In this document: positions 12,065-23,914 of the stretch, one piece after another
Layout of the letters: each line of letters begins with the position of its first letter
Numbering within the stretch: the first letter of the stretch is position 1
Assembly (NCBI RefSeq): GCF_001194135.2
Contig: NC_069007.1
Span: 73,160 to 111,351 of the forward strand
Reading direction: 5' to 3'
Source of the DNA: Octopus bimaculoides
Lineage: Eukaryota
Length of the DNA: 38,192 nt
Position numbers and translations under genes: made by a program
Notes under the pieces: model-generated
Database searches by the model: none
What the model was told of the DNA's origin: nothing
What the model saw: only the letters and a program-made list of their open reading frames with translations

Positions 12065-12430
12065 GAGAGGAGGAGAAAGAGGAAGAGGAGGTGGTGGAGG
12101 AGGAGGAGGAGAAAGAGGAAGAGGAGGTGGTGGAGGAGGAGGAGGAGAAAGAGGAAGAGGAGGAGGTAGGGACATATAGCTTCAAGGACAATTGGAAGTC
12201 TCTGTGGAACAAATCTGTGGCTGGTGCAAAGTCCCAGCTCGGCAGAGGGGAAAAAACAGCAGAGGATTATATCAGGGAGCCAGAAGAGAGGTTTACAAAA
12301 GGAATGGCAGAAAGTAAGGAGTTTGCCAATGTTCTACAGTGTGAGGATGAGAGGCATAAAATGTTCAGGATTGCAAAGCAGTGTATCTGAGAGAATAGAG
12401 ATTTGATGGGTGAGACGTGTGCGTGAAATC
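12065..12430 (+). mobile_element. GAG-rich 36-bp tandem repeat (~2.7 units) followed by an RTE-like LINE ORF fragment
   Basis: Unit encodes EKEEEEVVEEEE; downstream ...KEFANVLQCEDERHKMFRIAKQCI*ENRDLMGETCVR resembles the RTE-type linker VFR.A.Q...N.DV.GE.CVR. Confidence 0.55.
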
Positions 12431-12447
12431 ATCTGTGACAATACATG

Positions 12448-12509
<62 letters not shown>

Positions 12510-14135
12510 CAATATATCACAGTACCAAATATGACTGTATAACAACAAGCAATGTAACAAGACTTGGTTATCTTATTATAACCGTTCACACAATATTAAT
12601 CCAATGCAGAATCAATAATGAGACTAACGCTGTCACAGTTCGACCTCAACTCTCTGCTGGTTCATCTGTTTATAAGACTTGCCCAGTCCACTGAAAGTCC
12701 CATGGGGGTTGGGGTGTCAGTTCACACCACAACATCTTCCCTTTTAAACTATACACTTCTCGGAGTGTGTGGATATACACATTTATTTACTTTTTTTTAT
12801 TTCTCCCCCACATTTTCCCTTTTAAAAAAAATCCACACCAAAAGGAGTCCAATACTTTTCCCTCTTTGGGTCAACCATTAAAGACTCTGGAAATTCCCTC
12901 TTTCTGGTACTATTCCGATCGGGTGTGTCAGTTTTCTCTGGAAATAGTACTTCAAGCATAGTTACATAAAATCCGTCAGTTCTTGTATTATTATTCTTGG
13001 TGTATCTTTTTCCCAACTGGTTTGCATACCTTTTGAAATTGAACCCTTGTCCTTTTGCCGTTTTCACCATCTAGACAATTTCCCAAATAACACTGTCCTC
13101 CCATGACTGTTTTCCATATCTGTACGTTTTTTTAAAAAGCACTTTTACACCTCCTTAAAAGTTTTCAGTTGTAGTGCTTTTGTCATTTTTGTTATTCCAA
13201 GGATTTTTCTCTGCTTGACAGCAGTTTGTCGAATATGGACTTAATCTTTCTCACGAACATTAGTTTGGTTGGGGATTTACCTGCTGGTGCATTTGGGTTT
13301 GGAGTAACTCTATATACCTTAGAAATTCTATTAATGCCAGGTCATCAACCCTTCCATTGTTCTCTTTTCTTAATGCTCTCTTGAGCATGTCCATGAACCA
13401 TCCTGCCTGACCAGTTGACCGTGGGTGATATGGTGGCATGATCAATTTGGAATATCTGGCATAAATCTCTGAATTGAGATCCTGTAAACTGTGTCCCATT
13501 ATTGGACACTATGGAATCTGGTATACCAAATTGAGCAACTATCTCATGGAAGAAATCAATTATTGCAGACAATGTAGGATGTCTACATTTACATACTTCT
13601 GATCATTTTGTGTAACCATCCATTCCTACAAGAAAATAGTTTCCATATAGTGGGTCTGCAAAGTCTATGTGGAGCCTGGAGCATCGTGTCTCAGTCTTTG
13701 GCCACAGTCGATATCTTACAGTTGGTGATTTCATTGTCCAAGTACAGCCTCTGCAGAATCATACAAGATTTTCCATATCTTTATCCATCTTTCGCCAATA
13801 CACGTAGCTTCTCATAAGTGCTTTCATGTGCAATGTTTCTGGATGTCCAACATAAATATCTTTCAGAATTTTGGTTTGCAGCGTCAATGGTACTACAATC
13901 CTCGGTGCATACATCAGAATGTTGCTGTATACAGAATATGAGTTTGAATTAAAATTTTCAGTCCAGTGTGTATTTACTTTATTTTCTTTCAAAGTGACTT
14001 TCATTTTATTTATAAAGTCATCTTTTGGTGTTTTCGCTTTAATTTCTTCTAAGGTAGCACATCTTTTAACTATTTGAAGACTTCTTGGTATTTTTGCGTC
14101 CAATTCCATTTCATTCCTTTCTTTTAACAGGTAAT
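12510..14135 (-). mobile_element. Decayed Ty3/Gypsy LTR retrotransposon 3' part: integrase Zn-binding region and core, C-terminal region, PPT and putative 3' LTR
   Basis: RIVVPLTLQTKILKDIYVGHP...MKALMRSYVYW (13759-14181); QFGIPDSIVSNNGTQF and PPYHPRSTGQAG (13260-13572); KRYANQLGKR (12822-13070); purine tract AAAAGGGAAGA (12735-12745) directly followed by TGTTG; TATAAA downstream. Frameshifted. Confidence 0.85.
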
Positions 14136-14139
14136 TTAA

Positions 14140-15270
14140 TGGAGAAATACATGTACCAAAGTATGTTGTATTGCAAAGCAACAGAAAAGACAGGAATCAT
14201 GGTTGAGTTACAAGCTACATGTGTGAAAATCGTACACCCCAGATTCTTTGGCCACACTCAAACTCAGTGTGTAACACACTAATTGTACATATAAGACAAC
14301 TTGGTGTTGTTATATGTACTACTTATTGCCCATCGGATGCTCCAAATCACATGGGCCTATTCAAAGACTGTCTTGCAAGAATAGAAGTCTTAACCAAACT
14401 AGAACAACATATCAGTGTATTTCTGATAGGAGATTTCAACCTACACAATGTAGGATGGTCTCAGGCCCTTTTTCTCTCAGGAATGATGTGACATGAAGAA
14501 AGTCAGGTGGAAACCCTGCTCAACCTCACCAGCCGGTTATACATGGAGCAAGTAATACTCCACTCGACCAGGTCAAATAATATACTTAATCTCTGTTTCA
14601 CAAGCAATATGGATTTCATCCCTAATGAGAATTTAATACCGACTCTACTCTTGGATCACAATACAATGGAGCTGATTCTGTATGGACCAAAGAAACCTTC
14701 AGACATGCAGCCTACGAGAAGCACCCAAAATCTATCCAGTCTGAACTTCCATAAAGCATACTGGGAATCAAGTGAGAAAGAGATCATCAAACAGGATTGA
14801 CTCCAATGTCTCTCTACACCTGACACTGACATGAAATTCAAAGAATTCATGTCCATAATGCAAGCCATAGATCTGGAAAATCCTAGAACATCTTAGGCAT
14901 TGTAAGTTACACAAACAGCAGAAAGAGGTGGTAACACAACTGCATGGTACCAAAAGATTCACACTGTCACCAGGATACAGGACCAGATACTGCAACAGTT
15001 TGGATTTCAAAGGTCCACAACTCTTCAACATCCTTCCACAAAGCTTGAGAAAACTACATGAGGTGGATGAAGGTGTCTTCAAAACAAAACTGGATCTCCT
15101 CCTATTAAGAATTTCAGATGAACCTATCCTGTGGCAAGAAATGCAGATGAGGGTCCCAACATCAAACCTCCTCATTCACTGCATGCCACACATCAGAGAA
15201 GGTTAATTGAAAGTATGGCAAAGCTAATGGTTGGTGCCCCAGCATAGTTGCAGCTCTTGAGCTAAAACTA
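14140..15270 (+). mobile_element. Internally deleted CR1-like LINE (APE endonuclease joined to ORF2 C-terminus)
   Basis: LIGDFNLHNVGW, STRSNNILNLCF, LLDHN (APE motifs), then YCNSLDFKGPQLFNILPQSLRKL...FKTKLDLLLLRISDEP; the RT core is missing. Confidence 0.8.
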
Positions 15271-15665
15271 GTAAAGAAATATATATATATATATATATAA
15301 AGAAAACCAAGTGTCAGGACTTGACTACTGAGACTCGGTTGCAGTCATCTGCCATAGTTTCTAAGTAAAATCAATACACTATTTTGTGTAGAAGAAAGGT
15401 CTGGAACCAAAACTCTTGAAGAAAGCCCCCGCCCCACCGCCACCACCAAATAGCTATGGTGTTGGAGATCACATGAATGGGGTTGTAGTTGACAAAAGAT
15501 TATACATGGAACCCTTCTTCTAAGGAAGGCTAATTCAGTCCTTGTTCCTTTTGAGTGAAGCTTACAGGCTAAGGGGAGAAATGCCTTGTGATTCTGAGAT
15601 ACTTGCTGAAGATACAGAAGAGGTTCAAACAATCAGATAACATTAGTTACCATCAGAAGAGTGTG

Positions 15666-15703
<38 letters not shown>

Positions 15704-16001
15704 TTTCTGTAGTTTCTCAGTGGGGCAGAACATTTCTCATGTTTATTTCACCCATATATAAGAATACATGTGTATTGATATATATATTCATATGCGCATG
15801 TGTGTGTGTGTGTCTATGTGATTGAGTATGTGTGTGCATGTACATATATATGCATATACATATATCCATATTTGCACATTTATATGCTTGTGTGTATATT
15901 TGTATACTTATATTAATACACACACAAACACGTATTTACATATATACATATATATCTTATAATAAATTAGTTAATGTGGCTGAAATTGATGTTTAACCAA
16001 C

Positions 16002-16212
16002 CTAATTGGTGCCGCTATGTCAGACATGTTTCTATAGAATTTCGATGGAACCATCCAGTTGAATATCAAATTCCAGTCAAAACGGCCTATTTGTATGGCA
16101 CTTCCTACTGAAGTGACAAAGTGTAGTGTACTGTCATCGATCTGGTCAATCACTGGAGTCACAACATAGCGCTTGTCAGTAGCGATTCGATCAAGAATAG
16201 GCTCCAGCCAGC
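16002..16212 (-). CDS. GALNT: GALNT variable exon copy C: G|WLEPILDRIATDKRYVVTPVIDQIDDSTLHFVTSVGSAIQIGRFDWNLIFNWMVPSKFYRNMSDIAAPI|R
   Basis: Acceptor ttttatatccAG, donor AG|GTTGGT; 211 nt (2+69x3+2), phase 1/2; no stop; joins the exon at 6131-6248 in frame (AG|A = Arg). Confidence 0.88.
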
Positions 16213-17224
16213 CTGGATATAAAATTAGACAATTATTTTAACTGGTTAAATGTCTACATCTTTGTAAATTAGTTTGTTTATCATTAATAAGAGTATAATT
16301 TTTGCCAATTAACCTGATTATCTTAAGAGATGGTATTTAGTTACAAAATTTCATCTTCTAGGTACTCAAGTCAAAATTTGCCTTTGATTGTAGCAGTTGA
16401 TAGAATAAAGTTGATTTAGTTAATTAAGCTCTTCTTCAAATATACGGTTTCATCAGACATCAATATTTTCATTTACAATAAATTTTCAAACAGCTTCGAT
16501 TTCTGATCATCACCATTCTTGGATGAGTACAAAGTACAAGACTGAACTTTCAATCATTTTCTGATTTCTCATCTGACATTTCTCAGAGTGGATCCTATGA
16601 ATAAATTCTAGTTAGTATACCATGAAATAAGATGTCCCCGATTAATAATTTATTTTATCATTTTCAAAATAATAAGTTATCATATATTATATATTATTTA
16701 AATAAATGCTCTCAAACAATTTTCATTTACTATAAAATGGCAGAGTTGTCTGTTTTGCATTCCACGATTTTTGACAAAATCATATAACAGATTCTGTAAG
16801 AAAATAAGTTTGGGAATGTATTTCATCACAACACCATTGACACAGGAATTTGAAGTGAAATTCCCTTTAGTTTAGAAATAAAGGTTTCCTAGATCTAATT
16901 CAGTCTGATACAATGTAGTTTGAACATTTCTAGGAATAAGACAATGACTAGAGATGAAACTGATTGATACATATGTAAATCCTGAAATACTGTTTTATGT
17001 CCATCTCTAAGAGTGAATGAGGTGAATGGTTTGGAAAATTATAATCTTATTTTAAACAATTCAATTATGCATCCAGTTTAATTGTTATTTGCTTGGTATA
17101 AATAAAAAAAATGTTTTTAACAATAACATAAAGAAAGAATGTAATAATAGCTAAACAAAAATAATAAAGAATTGAATAATAATAATAATAATAATAATAA
17201 CAACAACAACAACAACAGCGATTT

Positions 17225-17686
17225 TGTTTGTCTCTGCTACAGGTTACTAAATGCGGCCTTCAGTGCACTAACACCTCCTTGTCTGTCCGGAAGTCAAAGC
17301 CCCAGAGGATCTTTGCCCTCTTGCTTTCGTCCATTACCTTTTCCAGTGTACATTGGTACCAAGCACCCATTACCTCATATCCATACTTCCAGTACAGTAG
17401 TTTTGGACTATCTTGTCGTTTCTGTGCTTCAACGCTTTCTGCACAAGACTTTCACAAGCACTAACAATGCTCCTACCCACACATGTGGCCACGGTTCATT
17501 GTACTTCTGTTTATCCGTTTTCACTGAGCTTGGGTATTCAATGCCAGGCCCTGGGCCATGATGATTAGGTTTTCAGTCTTCTTTTCAAGGTTACCCATGC
17601 TGAGCCACCTCCATGATGCTCCCCCACGGTACACACAATATCTTCAATCTACAACATCACAATATTGGATACTGTGCAACGCTTTC
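17225..17686 (-). mobile_element. R4/Dong-like (RLE-type) non-LTR retrotransposon fragment
   Basis: SWRWLSMGNLEKKTENLIIMAQGLAL...KHRNDKIVQKLLYWK...KILWGFDFRTD...RPH; stops and frameshifts; flanked on both sides by (AAT)n/(AAC)n. Confidence 0.75.
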
Positions 17687-17730
<44 letters not shown>

Positions 17731-17754
17731 TAATAATAATAATAATGATGATGA

Positions 17755-18960
17755 TGTTTTCTACTATAGGCACAAGGCCTAAAATTTTTAGGGAAAGAGT
17801 TAGTTAATTACATCAATCCCAATATTTGATTAGTACTAATTTTATCAATTTCCTGAAATATTTCAGAAGAGGGCAAGTCAATTACAACAACCCCAGAGTT
17901 CAACTGGTACTTAATTTATCGACTCTGAAAGGATGAAAGGCAAAGTTGAAAAGAAGTAGGATTTTATGCAGAATCAACTTACAACAGATGCTTTTATAGA
18001 ATCAAATGCTTGATAAAGCAACTTATCCAAAAATAAGCTGACATCACCAACCCAATGCATGCAATATATTCTCTCTACAATCATCGCTCAATTCTATAAC
18101 AGAACTGTGAGCTCTGTCATCAAATACTACATTACAGATTCGATATCAAATAGCCATCCCACGCTCAACATTTGACATTATAAAACATTGCTCAATCCAT
18201 ACAACTCACTCCCTGCACATTCACAATAACACACGCGAAGCCAGCCAACAAAATGTGACATGTGGCTCATAATCTCCACAGAAAATAGAAAGAACATTAA
18301 AATAAGATGAGAAATAACAAATGTCACAAACAAAAGTAGAACATTATCGACAGCTGTGAATTTCCATAAAAAAAAAAAGACTGTCAAGACACAGCTCAGG
18401 AAATCAGAGGAGCACTGGATGGTGGTACTGTAGACACATGGAGGAAATTGTTGAAATAATAACAATAATAATGGTTTCAAATTTTGACACAGGGGCAGCA
18501 GTTTTGCGATGAGTTGATTACATCAACCCCAGTGTTCAACTGGTACTTATTTTATCTTTTCTACTCTAAGCACAAGGCCCAAAATTTTGGGGGAGGGAGC
18601 CAGTCAATTAGATCGACCCCAGTATGCAACTGGTACTTATTTTATCAATTTCTAAAGGATGATGGGGACAAGTTGACCAGATAAAAATTTGGAAGACCAC
18701 TAAACATTTTGGCCAGTGTCCTAATGATGGCAGCTCATTGTCTTTGAAATAATAATTCTTTCTACTATAGGCAAAAGGCCTGAAAAGGGGAGGCGAGGGG
18801 CCTAGTCGATTACATTGAGCCCAGTGCATAACTGGTACTTAATTTATCGACTCCAAAAGGATGAAAAGCAAAGTCGGCCTTGGTGGAGTTTGAACTCAGA
18901 ACATAATGAAGAGAAAATATTTTACCCAGCATGCTAACGACTCAGCCAGCTCACTGCCCA
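17755..18960 (-). mobile_element. Cluster of 4-5 partial or full SINE copies (same family as 6941-7134)
   Basis: Repeated CTACTATAGGCACAAGGCCT..., CCCCAGT...CAACTGGTACTT...AAGGATGAAAGGCAAAG; head GCCAGCTCACTGCC at ~18945-18958. Confidence 0.8.
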
Positions 18961-19441
18961 ATTGATGCTGACAATAGGATGCACCATTCAAAGGCAAATG
19001 TTAGTGGAACTTAGGCATCAAAAGTGGAGGAAGGTAGATATATCTCAAACTAACGTACCAAACCACCACTAGGGGTCTACACATCTTTCTCTCAATATCA
19101 GGAGTTTAGCCGTCTAGAAATTATGAAACGTTAGGAAAACAGGAAGAAACTCGATTGAACAATAAAACACTTGAGAACATTTTCTCAAGACCTTTTTTTA
19201 ATACAAAAAGACAAAGCAACACAACCGTTTGCCAGAAGATTAAAGCAAAAGGCAAAACATGGCCACCGACCAAAGTAGAAAAACTGGAAAGAAAAAGTTA
19301 TGTACGGTAAATATCTAGCTCAACAACGGATAAATCAATGGCTCAAAGGTATTGGGGACACACTTACACACAACCCTTCCACCCAACGAATTAATTTTAT
19401 GCATACATCAAGAAAACGGGGGGAAAAACGGGTTTAATTAT

Positions 19442-19533
19442 GAATAGCCTCCCATTTTTCCAATGAGAATAGCCTCCCTTTTTCCAATGAGAGTAGTCTC
19501 CCCCTTTTTTTTTTCAATGAGAGTAACCTCCCT
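19442..19533. repeat. ~25-bp minisatellite, ~4 units (GAATAGCCTCCC(T)nCCAATGA)
   Basis: Directly visible tandem units with a variable T run. Confidence 0.85.
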
Positions 19534-19904
19534 TGTTTGCTAAGGGAAGTTACTCTTGAATTACTCTCGAAAACAGAATTTACAGATTTTTGCAATAAAT
19601 GAATAATAATTAAACCAATTACAACAACAACTCTCCGAGGCAGTTTGATCGGCTAGAAACTACAGCCAAATCCCCTGAACAACACACATGTAATGAAGGA
19701 AGAACACGATAGACAGTTGTCTCGTCGTCGCAGGAACAGAGCTGACTTAAACAACAACAAGAACTACACAATCCGTTAGAAATCGATGGAATCTAAATAT
19801 AAAAGGGTTCACTGTGTATCTGTATGTGTGTGTATGTATATGTGTGTGGGTGTGTGCTAGTAAAAATAGGTGTAAAAGTATTTGTGTACATATGTATGTT
19901 CTGT

Positions 19905-19935
<31 letters not shown>

Positions 19936-20299
19936 CTGGTAAGTAAATTGAAGCACTGTAAGTTCAAATGCAGCAATTAGAAATTTGCAATGGAAAGTTG
20001 TGGAGCAGATTTCAAAAGAAAGTTTAAGATGCATGTTTAAAAAAAAAAAAAAAAAAAACTGGCGCAGATTTAACAAAAGAGACATATATAAACGAAAAAA
20101 AAAAAAAAATTTTTTCAAATTTTGGAAAAAGCTACCAAAAGGGCGATCCAGGTGAGTTGATTACATTGACCATAGCACTTGACAGGTACTATTTCATCAA
20201 CCCCTGGAAACCGAAAGGTAATTATGAACTGAGAAAGTAATGAGTGAAAAGAAATAGCACATTTTGTTTGATGCACCAACGATTCTGTTAGCTCACCAC

Positions 20300-21330
20300 C
20301 ATAATAACCTTTCTTCTATAGACACAAGGCCTGAAATTTGGATGAGGGGAATAATCGATTACATCGACCCCAGTATGCAACTGGTACTTAATTGACCCCA
20401 AAAGCATGAAAGGCAATATCAACCCCAGTGGAATTTNNNNNNNNNNNNNNNNNNNNNNNNNNNNNNNNNNNNNNNNNNNNNNNNNNNNNNNNNNNNNNNN
20501 NNNNNNNNNNNNNNNNNNNNNNNNNNNNNNNNNNNNNNNNNNNNNNNNNNNNNNNNNNNNNNNNNNNNNNNNNNNNNNNNNNNNNNNNNNNNNNNNNNNN
20601 NNNNNNNNNNNNNNNNNNNNNNNNNNNNNNNNNNNNNNNNNNNNNNNNNNNNNNNNNNNNNNNNNNNNNNNNNNNNNNNNNNNNNNNNNNNNNNNNNNNN
20701 NNNNNNNNNNNNNNNNNNNNNNNNNNNNNNNNNNNNNNNNNNNNNNNNNNNNNNNNNNNNNNNNNNNNNNNNNNNNNNNNNNNNNNNNNNNNNNNNNNNN
20801 NNNNNNNNNNNNNNNNNNNNNNNNNNNNNNNNNNNNNNNNNNNNNNNNNNNNNNNNNNNNNNNNNNNNNNNNNNNNNNNNNNNNNNNNNNNNNNNNNNNN
20901 NNNNNNNNNNNNNNNNNNNNNNNNNNNNNNNNNNNNNNNNNNNNNNNNNNNNNNNNNNNNNNNNNNNNNNNNNNNNNNNNNNNNNNNNNNNNNNNNNNNN
21001 NNNNNNNNNNNNNNNNNNNNNNNNNNNNNNNNNNNNNNNNNNNNNNNNNNNNNNNNNNNNNNNNNNNNNNNNNNNNNNNNNNNNNNNNNNNNNNNNNNNN
21101 NNNNNNNNNNNNNNNNNNNNNNNNNNNNNNNNNNNNNNNNNNNNNNNNNNNNNNNNNNNNNNNNNNNNNNNNNNNNNNNNNNNNNNNNNNNNNNNNNNNN
21201 NNNNNNNNNNNNNNNNNNNNNNNNNNNNNNNNNNNNNNNNNNNNNNNNNNNNNNNNNNNNNNNNNNNNNNNNNNNNAATGCTGCAAAACATTTTGCCTGG
21301 CATGCTAACAATTCGGCCAGCTCGCCGCCT

Positions 21331-21332
<2 letters not shown>
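20300..21332 (-). mobile_element. SINE copy or copies spanning the assembly gap 20437-21276
   Basis: Tail and central part at 20300-20436; head GCATGCTAACAATTCGGCCAGCTCGCCGCCTTA at ~21300-21332. Confidence 0.75.
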
Positions 21333-21368
<36 letters not shown>

Positions 21369-21553
21369 TTACTGGTTTTTAATTTGAGCACAATTTTGGA
21401 GGAAGAGTTAGATAATTACACCGATACCAGTAGTTAACTCGCACCATATTTAATCAAATTCTCAGCAGGATTTGATTTCAGAATGCAAATAACCAGAATT
21501 AATTCTAGATGGTGTTTCTCCCAATGCTTTAATAATTTTGCCAAGCCACCCCC

Positions 21554-21598
<45 letters not shown>

Positions 21599-21676
21599 GA
21601 AGAAGAGGAAGATGGAAAATTATTAATAGTATTAATAATAATGATGAAAAATTGATAATGATTTTAATAAACTAAC

Positions 21677-21884
21677 TTGACTGGTGCACAAATATCTGAT
21701 AAATTCTTATAGAAGCTGGTGGATTGCTTCCACCTGAAAATTAGGGACCAATCAAAATGGCCGATAGATACAGATTTGCTTGCACGCATGAAATGGAAAT
21801 CATCATCGTTGATGATACCAATCATAGGTGTCACCACATGTGTATGGTTCGTCTGGATACGCGAGAGTAATGGTTCCAGCCAGC
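21677..21884 (-). CDS. GALNT: GALNT variable exon copy B: G|WLEPLLSRIQTNHTHVVTPMIGIINDDDFHFMRASKSVSIGHFDWSLIFRWKQSTSFYKNLSDICAPV|K
   Basis: Acceptor ttcttcaactacAG, donor AA|GTTAGT; 208 nt (2+68x3+2), phase 1/2; no stop; joins the exon at 6131-6248 in frame (AA|A = Lys). Confidence 0.85.
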
Positions 21885-22148
21885 CTGTAGTTGAAGAATT
21901 TTCAGAAAGAAAAACAAAAAAATAAAACAAGAAACAAAACAATAACATAAACCATAACAACAACAACAGTGACAAACAATCAATTTCTCTCTGGCTATAT
22001 AATAATTTCTTAACAAGGGGGAGCAGTTTTTGAGATGTGAGGTTACTCAAATTGGCTCCAACTTACCTTATAATAAATTACTGGTTCTTTATTATATAAA
22101 TTGATAGAATAATCCAAGTTATTTTGTTTGGAACTCTAACAATTCTGC

Positions 22149-22191
<43 letters not shown>

Positions 22192-22194
22192 CAT

Positions 22195-22480
22195 CACCAT
22201 CGTTTAGCGTCCATCTTCCATGCATTCATAGGTAGGGCGGTTGACAGGAGCCAACCAGGTAGAAAGTCTACCCAAGGCCCCTGTGTCCGTTTTGGCAGGG
22301 ATTTTTACGGCTAGATGCCCTTCCTAACACCAACCACTCTGCAGAGTGGACTCAGTGCTTTTTACGTGGCACCAGCACAGGCGAGGTCAGTTTTGACAAA
22401 ATTGTTACAGTGTGGACTGGATGCTTTTAACGTGGCACCAACACTGGCATGGTAACCAAGTAACTCACAAGACTAGGAAT
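22195..22480. mobile_element. Interspersed repeat (second octopus-type retroposon tail family)
   Basis: (AAT)n-CATCGTTTAGCGTCC...CTTCCATGC...GGCTAGATGCCCTTCCTAACACCAACC...CGTGGCACCAGCAC with an internal duplication; recalled as a common octopus repeat, family not verified. Confidence 0.55.
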
Positions 22481-22554
22481 TATGAAGAGGGGGGAAAAAG
22501 CATTTATGTTGGAGAATGAAAGAGTGTGACAAATGTTGCCACGACAGAGGATGT

Positions 22555-22800
22555 GATCCAGTATTAAATGATAGGGTTCAACTGATGCTCATTTTATTGA
22601 CCTAGGAAGGATGAAAGGCAAAGCTACTTTTATGAGATTTGAACTCAGAACGTAAACACAGATAAAATGCAATTAAGTATTTTGTCTGGTGTGTTAATGA
22701 TTCTACCCGTTTGTGGTACGTGCGTAAGGCCTGACACTCTGGGGGAAGGGGTTAGACAATTACATCGACCCTAGTGCAGAATTAGTTCCTATTTTATTCA
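22555..22800 (-). mobile_element. Two partial SINE copies
   Basis: AGGATGAAAGGCAAAG...TTTGAACTCAGAACGTAA and AAGGCCTGA...GGGGGAAGGGG...ATTACATCGACCC. Confidence 0.7.
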
Positions 22801-23914
22801 CCTTAAAACAATGTTTCTCATCCTTTTTACCCTTGTGTAACCCTTAAAATAAATTACATGTATCAAGGAACCCCTGCACAAAACAGAATTATACACCATA
22901 TCTTTCTCATATTTTTTTCATCATAGTTCACACAGTAAATATCGTTTTATATATATAAAAATAGAAATAGCAACCAAATCTCTCTCAAATCACACTCATA
23001 ACAGAAAGAATAGGAAGACATAATAGAGAATGTAGTCCTAGATATGCTATACCTGAATAAAGGCAAGATGGTCACAATGGGAACGTTTTTGATCCAGAGG
23101 CTAATATGAATTTAAAACAACAAATATTAAAACAGCAGCATTGATAATAACATCAATCTCTACTCTGCCTTCTCGTTTAGTATCTGCGACAGCTGGTTTA
23201 ATTGATTTGGTCAATAAAAACAGAGAAACCAAGACCCTCCCTTACTTTCCATCAATAATCGGTGTTAGTCATTCAATACAAGCAAAATTACTAATGAGTT
23301 TCAGAGTCGTTGAGTGAGTTAACGGGAGATTTTGTTGTTGTTCTTGTTGAGAATCAATTTACAGTCAGGGAAAGAGTCAAGTTTGCCATTTAACAGTGAA
23401 TATAAAAAAACTGTTTACACGTTCACTTCCTTTCATTTATTTTGTTAATAGGATTGTATTAATTAGCAGCAAATTTGCAAAGTTTGTTACAACACTGGCT
23501 AGAATACATTATTGGATCTGGTTCAGGTTTGTTTTACTTATATGCCTTTGATGGTGATGGTGGTGGGGCCCATAAATAAAACAGCTGTTTAGGGGCTGAT
23601 TCAACTTTCTTTTTTCTGAAAGAAATCAGTTGGGGTCAAATATGGAGCGGGTCAGGTTCATCCATCTTCAAGAAATTCAGGCACACCATGTGTGACAATA
23701 GTGTTCAACAATTCCAAGAGTAGTCGAGGGCCTGAGGTAATTAATGGCAGAAATGTTGGGTTAAAAATCCCCTTAAGTAAAACAAGTCAAAAGCTGCCCA
23801 TGGGAAATGAACCCATATCTTCTTTAGCAACCTTCAACTTTTTTCTGTCCAAAAGGGTTTTTAGTCCAATATTTACATGCTATTATTCATAGCTTTATAA
23901 AGTGTGTATGACCT

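Noticed and set aside
11970-12390. Acidic Glu-rich 111-aa ORF as a host protein
   Set aside because: It is a GAG microsatellite expansion fused to an RTE-like fragment, with no splice or context support.
16445-16462. CTGATGA on the minus strand upstream of exon C
   Set aside because: No stem II followed by GAAA; a chance heptamer.
18205-18280. ORF segment ...GWLRVCYCECAG followed by GTGAGT, spaced like the SHCECxxG|WLEP upstream exon
   Set aside because: It lacks the FLDSH/DxH motif, has only a GAG acceptor, and lies between B and C rather than upstream of A; likely coincidence.
19442-19533. CRISPR-like array
   Set aside because: Units are directly adjacent with no unique spacers, in a eukaryotic context; this is a minisatellite.
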